Shown piece after piece: positions 20,584 to 30,213 of a stretch of 64,000 nt of DNA (its first letter is position 1; every line of letters begins with the position of its first letter). Source of the DNA: an uncultured delta proteobacterium (GTDB taxonomy: Bacteria > Myxococcota_A > Polyangia > Fen-1088); contig CAWCMR010000025.1 in NCBI GenBank assembly GCA_963796685.1, forward strand, positions 800,001-864,000, written 5' to 3'. The translations under genes and the position numbers were made by a program. The notes under the pieces are model-generated. The model saw only the letters and a program-made list of their open reading frames with translations. It was not told the origin of the DNA and searched no databases.

Positions 20584-21276
20584 TCAGAAGGGATCGGCAA
20601 CCTGTGCGAGCTGCCACAGCTCGATGAACTTCGCACGCACCCAGGGGTGAAGGTCGTCCGCCACGCTCGATGGAAGGCGTGCGCTCTTGATGAGCTCCTG
20701 GACGTCGACGAGATCCTTCCCTCGGTGGGCAGCGACCATGCCGGAGGCCAGCTTCAGCTCGAGAAACCGTGGCATGGGCAAGAGCGAGAAGCGTTCCCCT
20801 CGCAGAGCCACCGTCGCCGGATCGGGAAAGGCGATCGGCTTCGGCTTGTCGTCGCCGGGAAAGCGACCCGTGCTCAGCACATCAATGTTCACGCCGTGCA
20901 ACGTATCGAGAAGCTTGCCCGTCCCGGGGACTCGTTCCGCGTAGCCGTTGCCGAGATGCCTGCGCTTGAATTCGGCAAGATGCTCGTCGCGCATGACGAG
21001 ATCAACATCGACCGTGACCCGCTTGTGGCCGTACTCATTGAGTGCGAAGGCGCCGATGATGGCATAGGGAAGGCCATCGTCTTCCAAGATGGAGGCGAGC
21101 CGATAGAGCGCGAGTTGCGCGTCTGCTTGTCCCATGAAGAACCTCCCGCAATAGTCCGCTCCCTCGACGAACCGGGCCTCCGCCTGCGCTGAAAGCCGTC
21201 CAGCGCCCCATGATACGGAGGAAACGGAGGGTGCGGGAATGTCGGGTCCCGATGGAGGCGCGAGGAGAGTCACCAA
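20584..21276 (-). CDS. Nucleotidyltransferase-fold protein (AbiEii/DUF6036-like)
   Basis: YAIIGAFALNEYGHKRVTVDVDLV, IDVL, LELKLA..R.KDLVDV; true start may be further downstream. Confidence 0.75.
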   Translation of the reverse strand: MVTLLAPPSGPDIPAPSVSSVSWGAGRLSAQAEARFVEGADYCGRFFMGQADAQLALYRLASILEDDGLPYAIIGAFALNEYGHKRVTVDVDLVMRDEHLAEFKRRHLGNGYAERVPGTGKLLDTLHGVNIDVLSTGRFPGDDKPKPIAFPDPATVALRGERFSLLPMPRFLELKLASGMVAAHRGKDLVDVQELIKSARLPSSVADDLHPWVRAKFIELWQLAQVADPF

Positions 21277-21344
21277 CAGCAGGATACCACGGCCTTTCGC
21301 AGAGAGCCGTGGGCGTTGGAGTCGCGAGGTGGTACCGTGGCTGC

Positions 21345-22484
21345 ATGGTCTTGAGGGTTCGTGCTGCCGGCGCCGTCGCGGTCATGACGCTCGCCGGTGT
21401 TGTCGTGTGCGACTGTGGGGGCTCCTCGTCGGAGAATGCCAACCAGACACCGCCGACCATCCCCCAGGACGGGCCGCCCGCCGGCTACCCGGACGGACAC
21501 GCGGTCATCCCGGCCGAAGGGCAAGCCGAAAACGTGTCCTCGCCGACGACGGTCATTGGAACGGGCACTCCCGAGAGCTGTACCGGCGATGCATTCGTGA
21601 ACGCGGTCGCGAACGGCGGCATCATCACCTTCGACTGCGGGCCGGATCCGGTGACCATCGTACTCACCAAGACCGCGAAGGTGTTCAACGACAAAGGTAC
21701 CAAGCTGGTGATTGACGGCGGTAACAAGGTGACCCTGAGCGGTGGCGGCACGACGCGCATCCTGTACATGGCCACTTGCGACAAAGCGCAGGTCTATCCG
21801 CCGGGGCCGGGCGACTGCAACACGAACCCGGGCGTCCAGCTCGTCGTGCAGAACCTCACGTTCGTCGACGGCAGCGCGAAAGGCATTCCCGAGGGCTCGA
21901 ACAACGATGGCGGAGGGGGCGCGATCCACGCGCAGGGCGGAAGCCTCAAGGTGGTGGGCTCGCGCTTCTTCAACAACGTGTGCGACGACCTCGGCTCCGA
22001 TGTCGGCGGCGGCGCGATTCGCAAGCTCGACTATCTGGTGGCGCCGGGCGCCGGCCCGAGGCGTCCGGTGTGGATCGTGAACAGCACCTTCGGCGGCAAG
22101 CCCGGTTTTGGCAACTCGTGCGCGAACGGCGGCGCGCTCAGCAGCATCGGCGTGTCGTGGAACATCCTCAACACCCTGCTGTCGGAGAACACCGCGGTCG
22201 GCCACGGCGCGAACAGCGGCCAAGGCGGAAACGGCGGCGCCATCTACAACGACGGCAACGAGATCGTCCTCAACATCACCAGCAGCCTGATCGAGAACAA
22301 CGCCGCGAACGAAGGAGGCAGCGCGGTCTTCTTCGTCAGCAACGATCAAAGCGGCTCGATCACGATCACGGACTCGATCACCCGCAACAACCCGCGCGGC
22401 ACGTTCGAGACCCCCGACTTGCCCGGCTTCTACGTCATCGCCAAGAATCCTGCCCAGGTCATCAACTCGCAGATACTCCGCTGA
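21345..22484 (+). CDS. Secreted pectin-lyase-like beta-helix lipoprotein
   Basis: GGIITFDCG, IDGGNKVTLSG, repeated GGGAI / FxNN motifs. Confidence 0.7.
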   Translation: MVLRVRAAGAVAVMTLAGVVVCDCGGSSSENANQTPPTIPQDGPPAGYPDGHAVIPAEGQAENVSSPTTVIGTGTPESCTGDAFVNAVANGGIITFDCGPDPVTIVLTKTAKVFNDKGTKLVIDGGNKVTLSGGGTTRILYMATCDKAQVYPPGPGDCNTNPGVQLVVQNLTFVDGSAKGIPEGSNNDGGGGAIHAQGGSLKVVGSRFFNNVCDDLGSDVGGGAIRKLDYLVAPGAGPRRPVWIVNSTFGGKPGFGNSCANGGALSSIGVSWNILNTLLSENTAVGHGANSGQGGNGGAIYNDGNEIVLNITSSLIENNAANEGGSAVFFVSNDQSGSITITDSITRNNPRGTFETPDLPGFYVIAKNPAQVINSQILR

Positions 22485-22602
22485 GCACCTCGGCAGCGCT
22501 GTGCGGAGCAAGCTCGAGGGACCGGCACGCGTCCGGCGAGCTGAAGCTGGCTTCGGACATGGCCGTCACGCGGGATTTGGGCAGGTGAGCGCGCATCGCT
22601 TC

Positions 22603-22632
22603 TTGACATGCAAGTAATTACTTGCATATTGT
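22603..22632 (+). promoter_or_regulatory. Sigma70-type promoter overlapping a perfect 20-bp palindromic operator
   Basis: TTGACA at 22603; ATGCAAGTAATTACTTGCAT at 22608-22627; TATTGT at 22627. Confidence 0.75.
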
Positions 22633-22639
22633 CCGTGCT

Positions 22640-22966
22640 GTGAGCGACGCGGATTTGCTGTTCAAAGCACTGGCCGACCCGGGGCGACGGAAGCTGATGG
22701 ACCGTCTGCACGCCCACGACGGCCAGACGTTGAGCGAGCTCTGTCGGCACTTGGACATGACTCGGCAGGGTGTGACCCAACACCTCGCCGTGCTCGAGGC
22801 GGCGAATCTGGTGGCCGTCGCGTGGCGTGGGCGCGAGAAGCTCCACTTTCTCAACCCGGTGCCGCTGCAAGTAATCTACGACCGCTGGATTTGCAAGTTC
22901 GAGCGGCCGCGCCTCAAGGCGCTGCGCGACTTGAAGCGCCGTCTGGAACAGGACGGCGAAGACTGA
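22640..22966 (+). CDS. ArsR/SmtB family transcriptional regulator
   Basis: FKALADPGRRKLMDRL, MTRQGVTQHLAVLEAANLV, GREKLHFLN. Confidence 0.9.
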   Translation: MSDADLLFKALADPGRRKLMDRLHAHDGQTLSELCRHLDMTRQGVTQHLAVLEAANLVAVAWRGREKLHFLNPVPLQVIYDRWICKFERPRLKALRDLKRRLEQDGED

Positions 22967-22976
22967 CACCCCCAAC

Positions 22977-23450
22977 ATGGAGAACACCATGAACACAACG
23001 AACCGAAGCCACTTCGTCTACGTCACCTATATCCGCACCACGCCGGCCAAGCTTTGGGAGGCGCTGACCCAACCGAAGTTCATCCGCCAGTACTGGTTCG
23101 ACTTCACCATCGAGTGCGACTGGAAGAAGGGCTCGTCCTGGAAAATGGCGAGCCCGGACGGTACCCTGACCGACGCGGGCCAGATCCTGGAAATCGATCC
23201 GCCCCGGCGCATGGTCATCCGTTGGCAGCACGAGTGGAAGCCCGAGCTCAAGGCCGAAGGCCCGGGTCGCTGCACCATCGAGCTCGATCCCGTGGACAGC
23301 GCGGTGAAGCTCACCATCACCCACGAAATCGAGCGCTCGGATTCCAAGCTCATCGCGGCCGTGTCCGGCGGTTGGCCCAGCATCCTCTCCAATCTGAAGT
23401 CGCTGCTCGAAACGGGGCAGGTCGCCCTCACGGCCCATCCTGGGCATTAG
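22977..23450 (+). CDS. SRPBCC/AHSA1 family protein
   Basis: FVYVTYIRTTPAKLWEALT, DPPRRMVIRW, GGWPSILSNLKSLLETG. Confidence 0.9.
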   Translation: MENTMNTTNRSHFVYVTYIRTTPAKLWEALTQPKFIRQYWFDFTIECDWKKGSSWKMASPDGTLTDAGQILEIDPPRRMVIRWQHEWKPELKAEGPGRCTIELDPVDSAVKLTITHEIERSDSKLIAAVSGGWPSILSNLKSLLETGQVALTAHPGH

Positions 23451-23790
23451 CGGGCGGCTAGGCGTAATGCCGTTCAGATAAGCCTTGGAAAGTGCTGTTA
23501 GGCGACCCGCCGGCTTCGGCGTGGCGGGTCCTGTCAGCTCGGGTTTGCTCCCCGTCGTGTGCTGCGGTCGATTCAATTCGCAAACTGCACAAAGCGACGA
23601 TCCCGGAGTGCGCCTGCAGCACAGGCGGCACGCGACCTCCGCGCACGACGGGTCCCCTCCCTCGCAGCCACCCGCCACGCCTGCGCCAGCTCGATGCAGA
23701 GCAGTTTCCATCGGATGAGATCATCGCCCCATGCGAAATAGGGTCGGTCGACCACGAGATGAGTATACCCGGAATGCTTGGGGCTTCGAG

Positions 23791-24573
23791 CTAGTCCTTG
23801 GTGCTCGGCCTCAGTCGCACGGGCACGCCGCGCCCGCGCAGGTAGTCGCGCGCTTGGCCGACGGTGTACTCGCCGAAGTGGAAGATCGATGCTGCCAGCA
23901 CGGCGTCGGCGCCGCCTTGGACCACGCCCTGGTACAGGTGCTCCAGATTGCCGACACCGCCCGAGGCGATGACGGGAATGGGCACGCGGTCGGCCACGGC
24001 GCGGGTGAGCTCGAGGTCGAAGCCGTCGCGCGTGCCGTCGCGATCCATGCTGGTGAGCAGGATCTCTCCCGCGCCCAGCTCGGCCATGCGCACGCACCAG
24101 GCGATGGCATCGAGCCCGGTGCCCTTGCGTCCGCCATGCGTGAAGACCTCCCATTCACCCGGGCGGTCCGGGCGCCGCCGAGCATCCACCGCAACCACCA
24201 GGGCTTGGCTGCCGAAGGCGTCGGCCACGCGGCGGACGAGCTCGGGATCGTGGACGGCGGCGGTGTTGATGCCGGCCTTGTCGGCACCGGCGAGCAAGAG
24301 CGCGCGCACGTCCTCCACGCTGCGCACCCCGCCCCCGACGGTGAGCGGCAGGAAGACCTTCTCGGCGGTCATGCGCACGACATCGAACATGGTCGCCCGT
24401 CCGTCGGACGAGGCGGTGATGTCGAGGAAGCAGATCTCGTCCGCGCCCTGGCGGTCGTACTCGGCCGCGACCTCGACGGGATCGCCGGCGTCGCGCAGCT
24501 CGACGAAGCGCACGCCCTTCTTCACGCGGCCAGCGTCTACGTCCAAACACGGGATGATCCGGCGCGCCAGCAT
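23791..24573 (-). CDS. hisF: Imidazole glycerol phosphate synthase cyclase subunit
   Basis: [52 protein letters not shown]. Confidence 0.96.
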   Translation of the reverse strand: MLARRIIPCLDVDAGRVKKGVRFVELRDAGDPVEVAAEYDRQGADEICFLDITASSDGRATMFDVVRMTAEKVFLPLTVGGGVRSVEDVRALLLAGADKAGINTAAVHDPELVRRVADAFGSQALVVAVDARRRPDRPGEWEVFTHGGRKGTGLDAIAWCVRMAELGAGEILLTSMDRDGTRDGFDLELTRAVADRVPIPVIASGGVGNLEHLYQGVVQGGADAVLAASIFHFGEYTVGQARDYLRGRGVPVRLRPSTKD

Positions 24574-24578
24574 GGGGC

Positions 24579-25313
24579 CTACCTCCCCCTCGCCGCGGCT
24601 GCCACCAGGGCTTCCTCGATGGTGAACAAGCCTTCGTAGAGCGCTTTGCCGATGACGACGGAAGTCGCGCCGGTCTTGCGCACCTGGTGGATGTCGTCGA
24701 GCTTCGACATGCCTCCCGAGGCGATCACGGCGCAGGGCTTGATGGTGGCGGCCAGGCGCGTGGTGGCTTCCAGATTGGGTCCGGTTCGCATGCCGTCGCG
24801 GCCGATGTCCGTGTACAGCACGGCCGCGGCGCCGGCGTTCGCCACCTGCAGTCCGATGTCCACCGCATCCGAGTCGGTGTCTTCCTTCCAGCCCTCCACC
24901 GCGACCTTGCCCGCGCGTGCGTCCACCGCGACCACGATGCGGCTGGGGTAACGCTTGCACGCCTCCTTGACCACCTTGGGCGTCTTGATGGCCGCGGTTC
25001 CCATCACCACGAACCTGGCACCGAGCGAGAGGATGCGCGCACAGGCCTCCAGGGTGCGAATGCCACCGCCGATCTCCACCTGCATCTCCCCGGCCGCAGC
25101 CAGGATCTTCCGGATGGTGTCGTGGTTGTGCTTGGCCCCGCCCGACAGGGCGGCATCCAAATCGACGACGTGCAAGCGCGACGCACCCGCGGCGGCGAAC
25201 CTGCGCGCCAATTCCCAGGGCGCGTGCGAGTAGATTTTGGCGCTCTCCGGGCGACCTTGTTCCAGGCGCACCGCTTTTCCGTCAAGCAGATCGATGGCGG
25301 GAAATATTTGCAT
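24579..25313 (-). CDS. hisA: ProFAR isomerase
   Basis: [49 protein letters not shown]. Confidence 0.95.
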   Translation of the reverse strand: MQIFPAIDLLDGKAVRLEQGRPESAKIYSHAPWELARRFAAAGASRLHVVDLDAALSGGAKHNHDTIRKILAAAGEMQVEIGGGIRTLEACARILSLGARFVVMGTAAIKTPKVVKEACKRYPSRIVVAVDARAGKVAVEGWKEDTDSDAVDIGLQVANAGAAAVLYTDIGRDGMRTGPNLEATTRLAATIKPCAVIASGGMSKLDDIHQVRKTGATSVVIGKALYEGLFTIEEALVAAAARGR

Positions 25314-25324
25314 GGGGTTTGGCC

Positions 25325-25958
25325 CTAAAGGGAGACGAAGCGCGCGAGCAACGACAGCCCCGCGCGCTGGCTTTTTTCGGGGTGAAACTGGCAAGCGAAG
25401 AGATTGTCGCGCGCGACCGCCGCGCAGAAACGCTGGCCGTGCTCCGCGACCAGGGCGACGTCGCGCGCGTCGTCGGGCACGGGATAGTAGCTGTGCACGA
25501 AGTAGAAATAGGTGTCGTCGGCGGTATCGGCGAGCAAGGGCGAGGTGGCCCCGCCAGGTGGCCTCTGGCAGGCATTCCAGCCCATGTGGGGGACCTTGAG
25601 TGGTGGTGCGATCTCTGAATCTCACCACCTTGCCGGGCAGCACGCCGAGGCCCGCGCACCCCGGTTCCTCTTCGCTGCTGGGAAAGAGCAGCTGCAAGCC
25701 CATGCAGATACCGAGGTAGTCCTTGCCCGCCCGAATCGCCGAAAGCACGGCGTCGCGCAGTGAGCCCCCGTCGCGCATCAGCCCGGCCATGCACGCGCCG
25801 AAGGCGCCCTGGCCCGGCACGACCACCTTGTCTGCGGTCGCCACCCGGTCCGCATCCCGGGTGACGAAGGCATCCCCTCCAGCCAGGGCCAAGGCCTTCT
25901 CGACGCTGCGGAGATTGCCGCTACCGGGGTCGACGATTGCGATGCGAGGCTTTGCCAT
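25325..25958 (-). CDS. hisH: Imidazole glycerol phosphate synthase glutaminase subunit, frameshifted near 25605
   Basis: GNLRSV, PGQGAFG, LGICMGLQLL in one frame; PHMGWN, YFVHSY, QFHPEKS in the next. Confidence 0.9.
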
Positions 25959-25983
25959 CGGCGAAGTGACAGGGACGGCCGGG

Positions 25984-26577
25984 TCAGGCCGTCAATGTCC
26001 CTTTGGTGGAAGGCACGCTGACCTCGCGCGGATCGATGGCGAGCGCCACGCGCAAGGCGCGGGCGAAGGCCTTGAACAAGGCTTCCAGAATGTGGTGGGC
26101 GTTCTCCCCGTAGCGCACTTCCATGTGCAGGTTGCACAGGGCGGCCGAGGCAAAGCCCGAAAAGAACTCGCGCGCCAGCTCGGCGTCGAAGCTGCCCACC
26201 CGGCGTCCCTTGAGCGCATCGGCCTGGTACACGAACGCGGCCCGGCCGCCGAAATCGACCGCCACCCGCGCCAGGGACTCGTCCATGGGGACGGTGGCGT
26301 CGCCATAGCGAAAGATCCCGCGCCGGTCGCCCAGCGCCTGGCGCACGGCCTGCCCAAGGCAGATGCCGGTGTCCTCGACGGTGTGGTGACCGTCGACCGG
26401 AACATCCCCGCGCGCGTCGATCTTCAAGTCGATCAGGCTGTGGCGGCCGAACGCGTCCAGCATGTGGCCGAAGAAGGGCATGGGCGTGGCGATCTCGGTG
26501 TCGCCGGTGCCGTCCAGGTTCACCTCGACCTTGATCTGGGTTTCCTTGGTGGTTCGCTCGATCTCTGCCCGACGCAT
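25984..26577 (-). CDS. hisB: Imidazoleglycerol-phosphate dehydratase
   Basis: RTTKETQI, FFGHML, HHTVEDTG, PMDESL, NAHHILEALFKA, PSTKG. Confidence 0.96.
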   Translation of the reverse strand: MRRAEIERTTKETQIKVEVNLDGTGDTEIATPMPFFGHMLDAFGRHSLIDLKIDARGDVPVDGHHTVEDTGICLGQAVRQALGDRRGIFRYGDATVPMDESLARVAVDFGGRAAFVYQADALKGRRVGSFDAELAREFFSGFASAALCNLHMEVRYGENAHHILEALFKAFARALRVALAIDPREVSVPSTKGTLTA

Positions 26578-26766
26578 GGCCTCTCCACTATGGCGGTCGT
26601 CGGGCCCGAAATCAAACCTTGCGACGCAAGGCCGCAGATTTCACGTCGCGCCGACGGCAATGACAACCGGCCACGGCCGCGGTCACGACCTGCCGCGGCT
26701 ATCACGGGATTAGGGAGCACACGAACCCTGTAGAGGAATCGTGAGATTGGCTTTAGGCTTGGCCGC

Positions 26767-27543
26767 GTGCGCAGCCTGCTCTTGCTTGCCGTTGTCACGG
26801 GCGTTCTCACGGGCGTTCTCACGGAATTGTCCGGTTGCCGGGTGTTGACCAGCGGCCTGTCCGGCGATGCCGGACCGTCCGAATCCCCGGATATGTCCCC
26901 GGTTCTCGACGTGTTCGTGGGTCCGGTGGACGCGCAAACGGCCATCGACGTCGGCGAGCCGCCCGGCGTGGCGGGCGCGCCGGACATCGTCGGCTGCTCC
27001 GATGGGACGCGCGAGGGCTTCCGCGATTACCTCGACTGGCCGGAGATCGCGGGATGCGCAGGGGCCTTCGACCAGCCCGGCGTTCTCGGTGGCTCGCCGG
27101 ATCTCCAACCAACCTGCGACCTATTGGCCGGTGACACCAACAGTAACCGCGAGGGGATAGGCTGCAGCGCCGCGGATCTCTGTGCCGCGAACTGGCACGT
27201 TTGCCACAACGGTGTCGACGTCGCTGCCCATTCGCCGAGTGGCGGTTGCGAAGGTTGCGTGCCGGCTGACGAGCCACGGTTTTTCCTGGTTGCCTCGGGC
27301 GCATCGGCCATGGGGATTTGCTCGCCGGATCCGCAGGAGAGCAACGACCTACACGGCTGCGGAGGGCTCGGCCAACCCGAAGCCGAGAGCTGCGCGCCAC
27401 TGGGCCGCCGCATGGGTTTCGCCGACTGTCTGGCGACGGATGGCGTTTGGAGCTGCGGAACCCAGGACGACAGCTTGCAGGAAGCCAGGGTCGTCACCAA
27501 GCCGGAGATATCCTTGGGCGGGGTGTTGTGTTGCAAGGACTGA
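26767..27543 (+). CDS. Cys-rich secreted lipoprotein
   Basis: Signal peptide with LSGC; GCSDGTREGF, DLCAANWHVC, GGVLCC terminus. Confidence 0.65.
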   Translation: MRSLLLLAVVTGVLTGVLTELSGCRVLTSGLSGDAGPSESPDMSPVLDVFVGPVDAQTAIDVGEPPGVAGAPDIVGCSDGTREGFRDYLDWPEIAGCAGAFDQPGVLGGSPDLQPTCDLLAGDTNSNREGIGCSAADLCAANWHVCHNGVDVAAHSPSGGCEGCVPADEPRFFLVASGASAMGICSPDPQESNDLHGCGGLGQPEAESCAPLGRRMGFADCLATDGVWSCGTQDDSLQEARVVTKPEISLGGVLCCKD

Positions 27544-27599
27544 CGAAGGCCGGGGTTGACTCAAGGCAGCTACCTTGCCCGAATTTGAGCTATTCTCCC

Positions 27600-28133
27600 A
27601 TGCGGGTGAGACTGATGAAGATCTCCAGCTTGGTTCGCGGCGGGAAACTGGTCGCGTTGGCAATGGCGGTTTGGGCGAGCGCCTGCACCATCAGCGATAC
27701 CGGTCTCGGCCAGCCACCCGACGCGGGCCAGAGCGGGCTGGCCGTTTGTCCAGCGGGACTGACGGATCAGGCCAACTGGCCAGCGGGTACAAGCTACACT
27801 TCCTGCGCCAAGCCCTGCGGCCCGGACGACATCGGAATCAGAAGCTGCAGCCAGACCGACAAGTCGACTTGTCTGGCGCCCGGCGGCTGCGTATGCCTGG
27901 AATCGCCCTGCGTTGCCTGCGCGAGCTGCGCGTTGCGCAGCAATTCCGACTGTTACCTGCCCACCAATGCCGTATCGGTCCCCGCATGCGCAAAGGAGGT
28001 CACCCAGGGTGGGGCGTGCGCCCCGGCATGCGGCAAGATCCTGTGCCTGGAGGCCGATGGTAAGACCGGGTGCCTGTGTAACGCCCAGGGCAAGTACGCC
28101 TGTGCGACCTGGGCTGAAACAACCTGGAAATAG
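27600..28133 (+). CDS. Cys-rich lipoprotein
   Basis: Lipobox ASAC; very high Cys density. Confidence 0.6.
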   Translation: MRVRLMKISSLVRGGKLVALAMAVWASACTISDTGLGQPPDAGQSGLAVCPAGLTDQANWPAGTSYTSCAKPCGPDDIGIRSCSQTDKSTCLAPGGCVCLESPCVACASCALRSNSDCYLPTNAVSVPACAKEVTQGGACAPACGKILCLEADGKTGCLCNAQGKYACATWAETTWK

Positions 28134-28207
28134 CCGTTTCAGCATTGACGAGACCGGGAGGTACTGGGAAACTGCGCCCTCTTCGTAACCCCAAGGGAGA
28201 TCACCGC

Positions 28208-29392
28208 ATGTCCGAGTTCTTGTTCACTTCCGAGAGCGTCACCGAGGGCCATCCCGACAAGCTGTGCGACCAGGTTTCCGATGCCGTGCTCGACGCCTGC
28301 ATCCGCGAAGACAAGACCAGCCGCGTGGCCTGCGAGACGCTGACCAAGACCGGCTTCGTCATGGTCGCGGGTGAAATCACCACACGGGCTCACCTGGACT
28401 ACCCCGCCCTCGTGCGCGATGTGGTCAAGGGCATCGGCTACGAAGACTCATCCATGGGGTTCGATTACAAGACTTGCGGCGTCCTGGTCGCGGTCGAGCA
28501 GCAGTCGCCTGACATCGCCCAGGGCGTGGATGGCCATGGCGTCTACACCCAGAACGAGCTCGGCGCCGGCGACCAAGGCATGATGTTCGGCTACGCTTGC
28601 AACGACACACCTGAGCTGATGCCTCTACCCATCATGCTGGCGCACCGGCTGGCCGAGCGCCTGGCTTCGGTGCGCAAGGACGGGACCGTGGATTTTTTCC
28701 GGCCCGACGGCAAGAGCCAGGTCACGGTTCGCTACGACGAGGATCACCGCGTTCTCGGCATCGACACCATCGTGGTCTCGACCCAGCACAGCGAGAGCGT
28801 GAGCTACAAGAAGCTCAAAGAAGCGGTGATGGACGAGGTCGTCAAGCCCGTGGTCTCGGACGACCTGGTCAACCGCAAGACCAAGTACTTCATCAATCCC
28901 ACCGGCCGTTTCGTGGTGGGCGGCCCCATGGGCGACTCGGGCCTTACCGGCCGCAAGATCATCGTGGACACCTACGGTGGCATGGGCCGACACGGCGGCG
29001 GTGCCTTCTCGGGCAAGGATCCCTCGAAGGTCGATCGCTCCGCGTGCTACTACGCGCGCTACATCGCCAAGAACGTCGTGGCGGCCAAGCTCGCACGCCG
29101 TTGCGAGGTCCAACTGGCCTATGCCATCGGCGTGGCCAAGCCCGTGTCCCTGCTGGTCGACACCTTCGGCACCGGCGTAATGCCGAACGACCAACTTTCC
29201 AAGATCGTGGAAGCCAATTTCGATGCCCGTCCGGGCGCCCTGATTGCCGAGCTCAACCTGCGCCGTCCCATCTTCCGCAAGACCGCCGCCTACGGCCACT
29301 TCGGCCGCTCCGACAAGGATTTCACCTGGGAGCGCACCAACAAGGCCGCCGCCCTACGCGCGGCCGCGGGTGGGCGCAAGCCAACCAAGTAG
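28208..29392 (+). CDS. metK: S-adenosylmethionine synthetase
   Basis: [48 protein letters not shown]. Confidence 0.97.
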   Translation: MSEFLFTSESVTEGHPDKLCDQVSDAVLDACIREDKTSRVACETLTKTGFVMVAGEITTRAHLDYPALVRDVVKGIGYEDSSMGFDYKTCGVLVAVEQQSPDIAQGVDGHGVYTQNELGAGDQGMMFGYACNDTPELMPLPIMLAHRLAERLASVRKDGTVDFFRPDGKSQVTVRYDEDHRVLGIDTIVVSTQHSESVSYKKLKEAVMDEVVKPVVSDDLVNRKTKYFINPTGRFVVGGPMGDSGLTGRKIIVDTYGGMGRHGGGAFSGKDPSKVDRSACYYARYIAKNVVAAKLARRCEVQLAYAIGVAKPVSLLVDTFGTGVMPNDQLSKIVEANFDARPGALIAELNLRRPIFRKTAAYGHFGRSDKDFTWERTNKAAALRAAAGGRKPTK

Positions 29393-29424
29393 CCTCTGCC
29401 CGAGCGCCGTCGGGTCCGCCCCGG

Positions 29425-29470
29425 GCACAAAAAGAGCCGCGGTCTTCGACCTGCGGCTCTTTTTTTGTGC
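29425..29470. terminator. Bidirectional intrinsic terminator
   Basis: GCACAAAAAGAGCCGC-GGTC-TTC-GACC-T-GCGGCTCTTTTTTTGTGC between convergent genes. Confidence 0.85.
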
Positions 29471-29512
29471 GTAACAGCCCGGCGCGAGCCGGGCCCATGC
29501 CAGGCGTGAGGG

Positions 29513-30055
29513 CTAGTCGATGCCGCCGTCGAGCTCGCCGCTGTCCATCTCGGTGTCCATGGCGGCTGTATCGATAGCGGGGGCATCCATTGCTTCGTCC
29601 ATCGCCGCGTCCAAGCTGGGGCCGACGGTGTCGAGTGCCGCGCCATCGAGGAGAGGCGGGGTGTCCAGCTTGGGGCCGCCATCGAGGCCGGGGAGATCTT
29701 CATTGATGGGTTTGTCGGTGGGGGCATCCAGCTTGCCGTCGGGGTGTCCGCCGTCGAAGCCAGTGCTACCGCCCGTACCGGGCGCGCCGCCCGTACCGAG
29801 CGCGCCGCCCGTGCCGAGCGCGCCGCCCGTACCGAGCGCGCCGCCCGTACCGAGCGCGCCGCCCGTGCCGAGCGCGCCGCCCGTGCCGAGCGCGCCGCCC
29901 GTGCCCTTGGCGCCGCCGGTCGAGCCGGAATCGCTCTTGCCGTCACTCGCAGCGTCAAGTTTCTTACCGGTGGTATCGTCGCCACAGCCGACCGCGAAGA
30001 CGCCAAAGCTCAGCAATACGCCTAAACCAAGCACGAAAATCGAATTACGTTTCAT
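29513..30055 (-). CDS. Low-complexity Gly/Asp-rich lipoprotein
   Basis: Signal peptide with AVGC; (GTGGAL)x6; acidic tail. Confidence 0.7.
   Translation of the reverse strand: MKRNSIFVLGLGVLLSFGVFAVGCGDDTTGKKLDAASDGKSDSGSTGGAKGTGGALGTGGALGTGGALGTGGALGTGGALGTGGALGTGGAPGTGGSTGFDGGHPDGKLDAPTDKPINEDLPGLDGGPKLDTPPLLDGAALDTVGPSLDAAMDEAMDAPAIDTAAMDTEMDSGELDGGID
29769..29905. repeat. 18-bp tandem repeat (about 7 copies) encoding GTGGAL
   Basis: Unit CCGAGCGCGCCGCCCGTR directly visible. Confidence 0.9.
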
Positions 30056-30213
30056 GAGTCCTCTCCTGAAAATAACAAAGAAAGATTGTCGCCATCATAG
30101 ACGCCTTCGAGGAATTGACAACCCCCAAACAACGGGCACGAACGACACCCCTTCCCCAGTGGGGGCCAGGCCGCAAGTCGTTGGGATTACAGCAATTATG
30201 GGCCAAGAGACGG

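Noticed and set aside
23490-23505. GTTAGGC as an integron attC core site
   Set aside because: No matching inverse core at a suitable distance, no cassette array and no integrase.
25325-25958. hisH as a true pseudogene or programmed frameshift
   Set aside because: The rest of the his operon is intact, there is no slippery heptamer, and six other same-sign breaks point to sequencing error.
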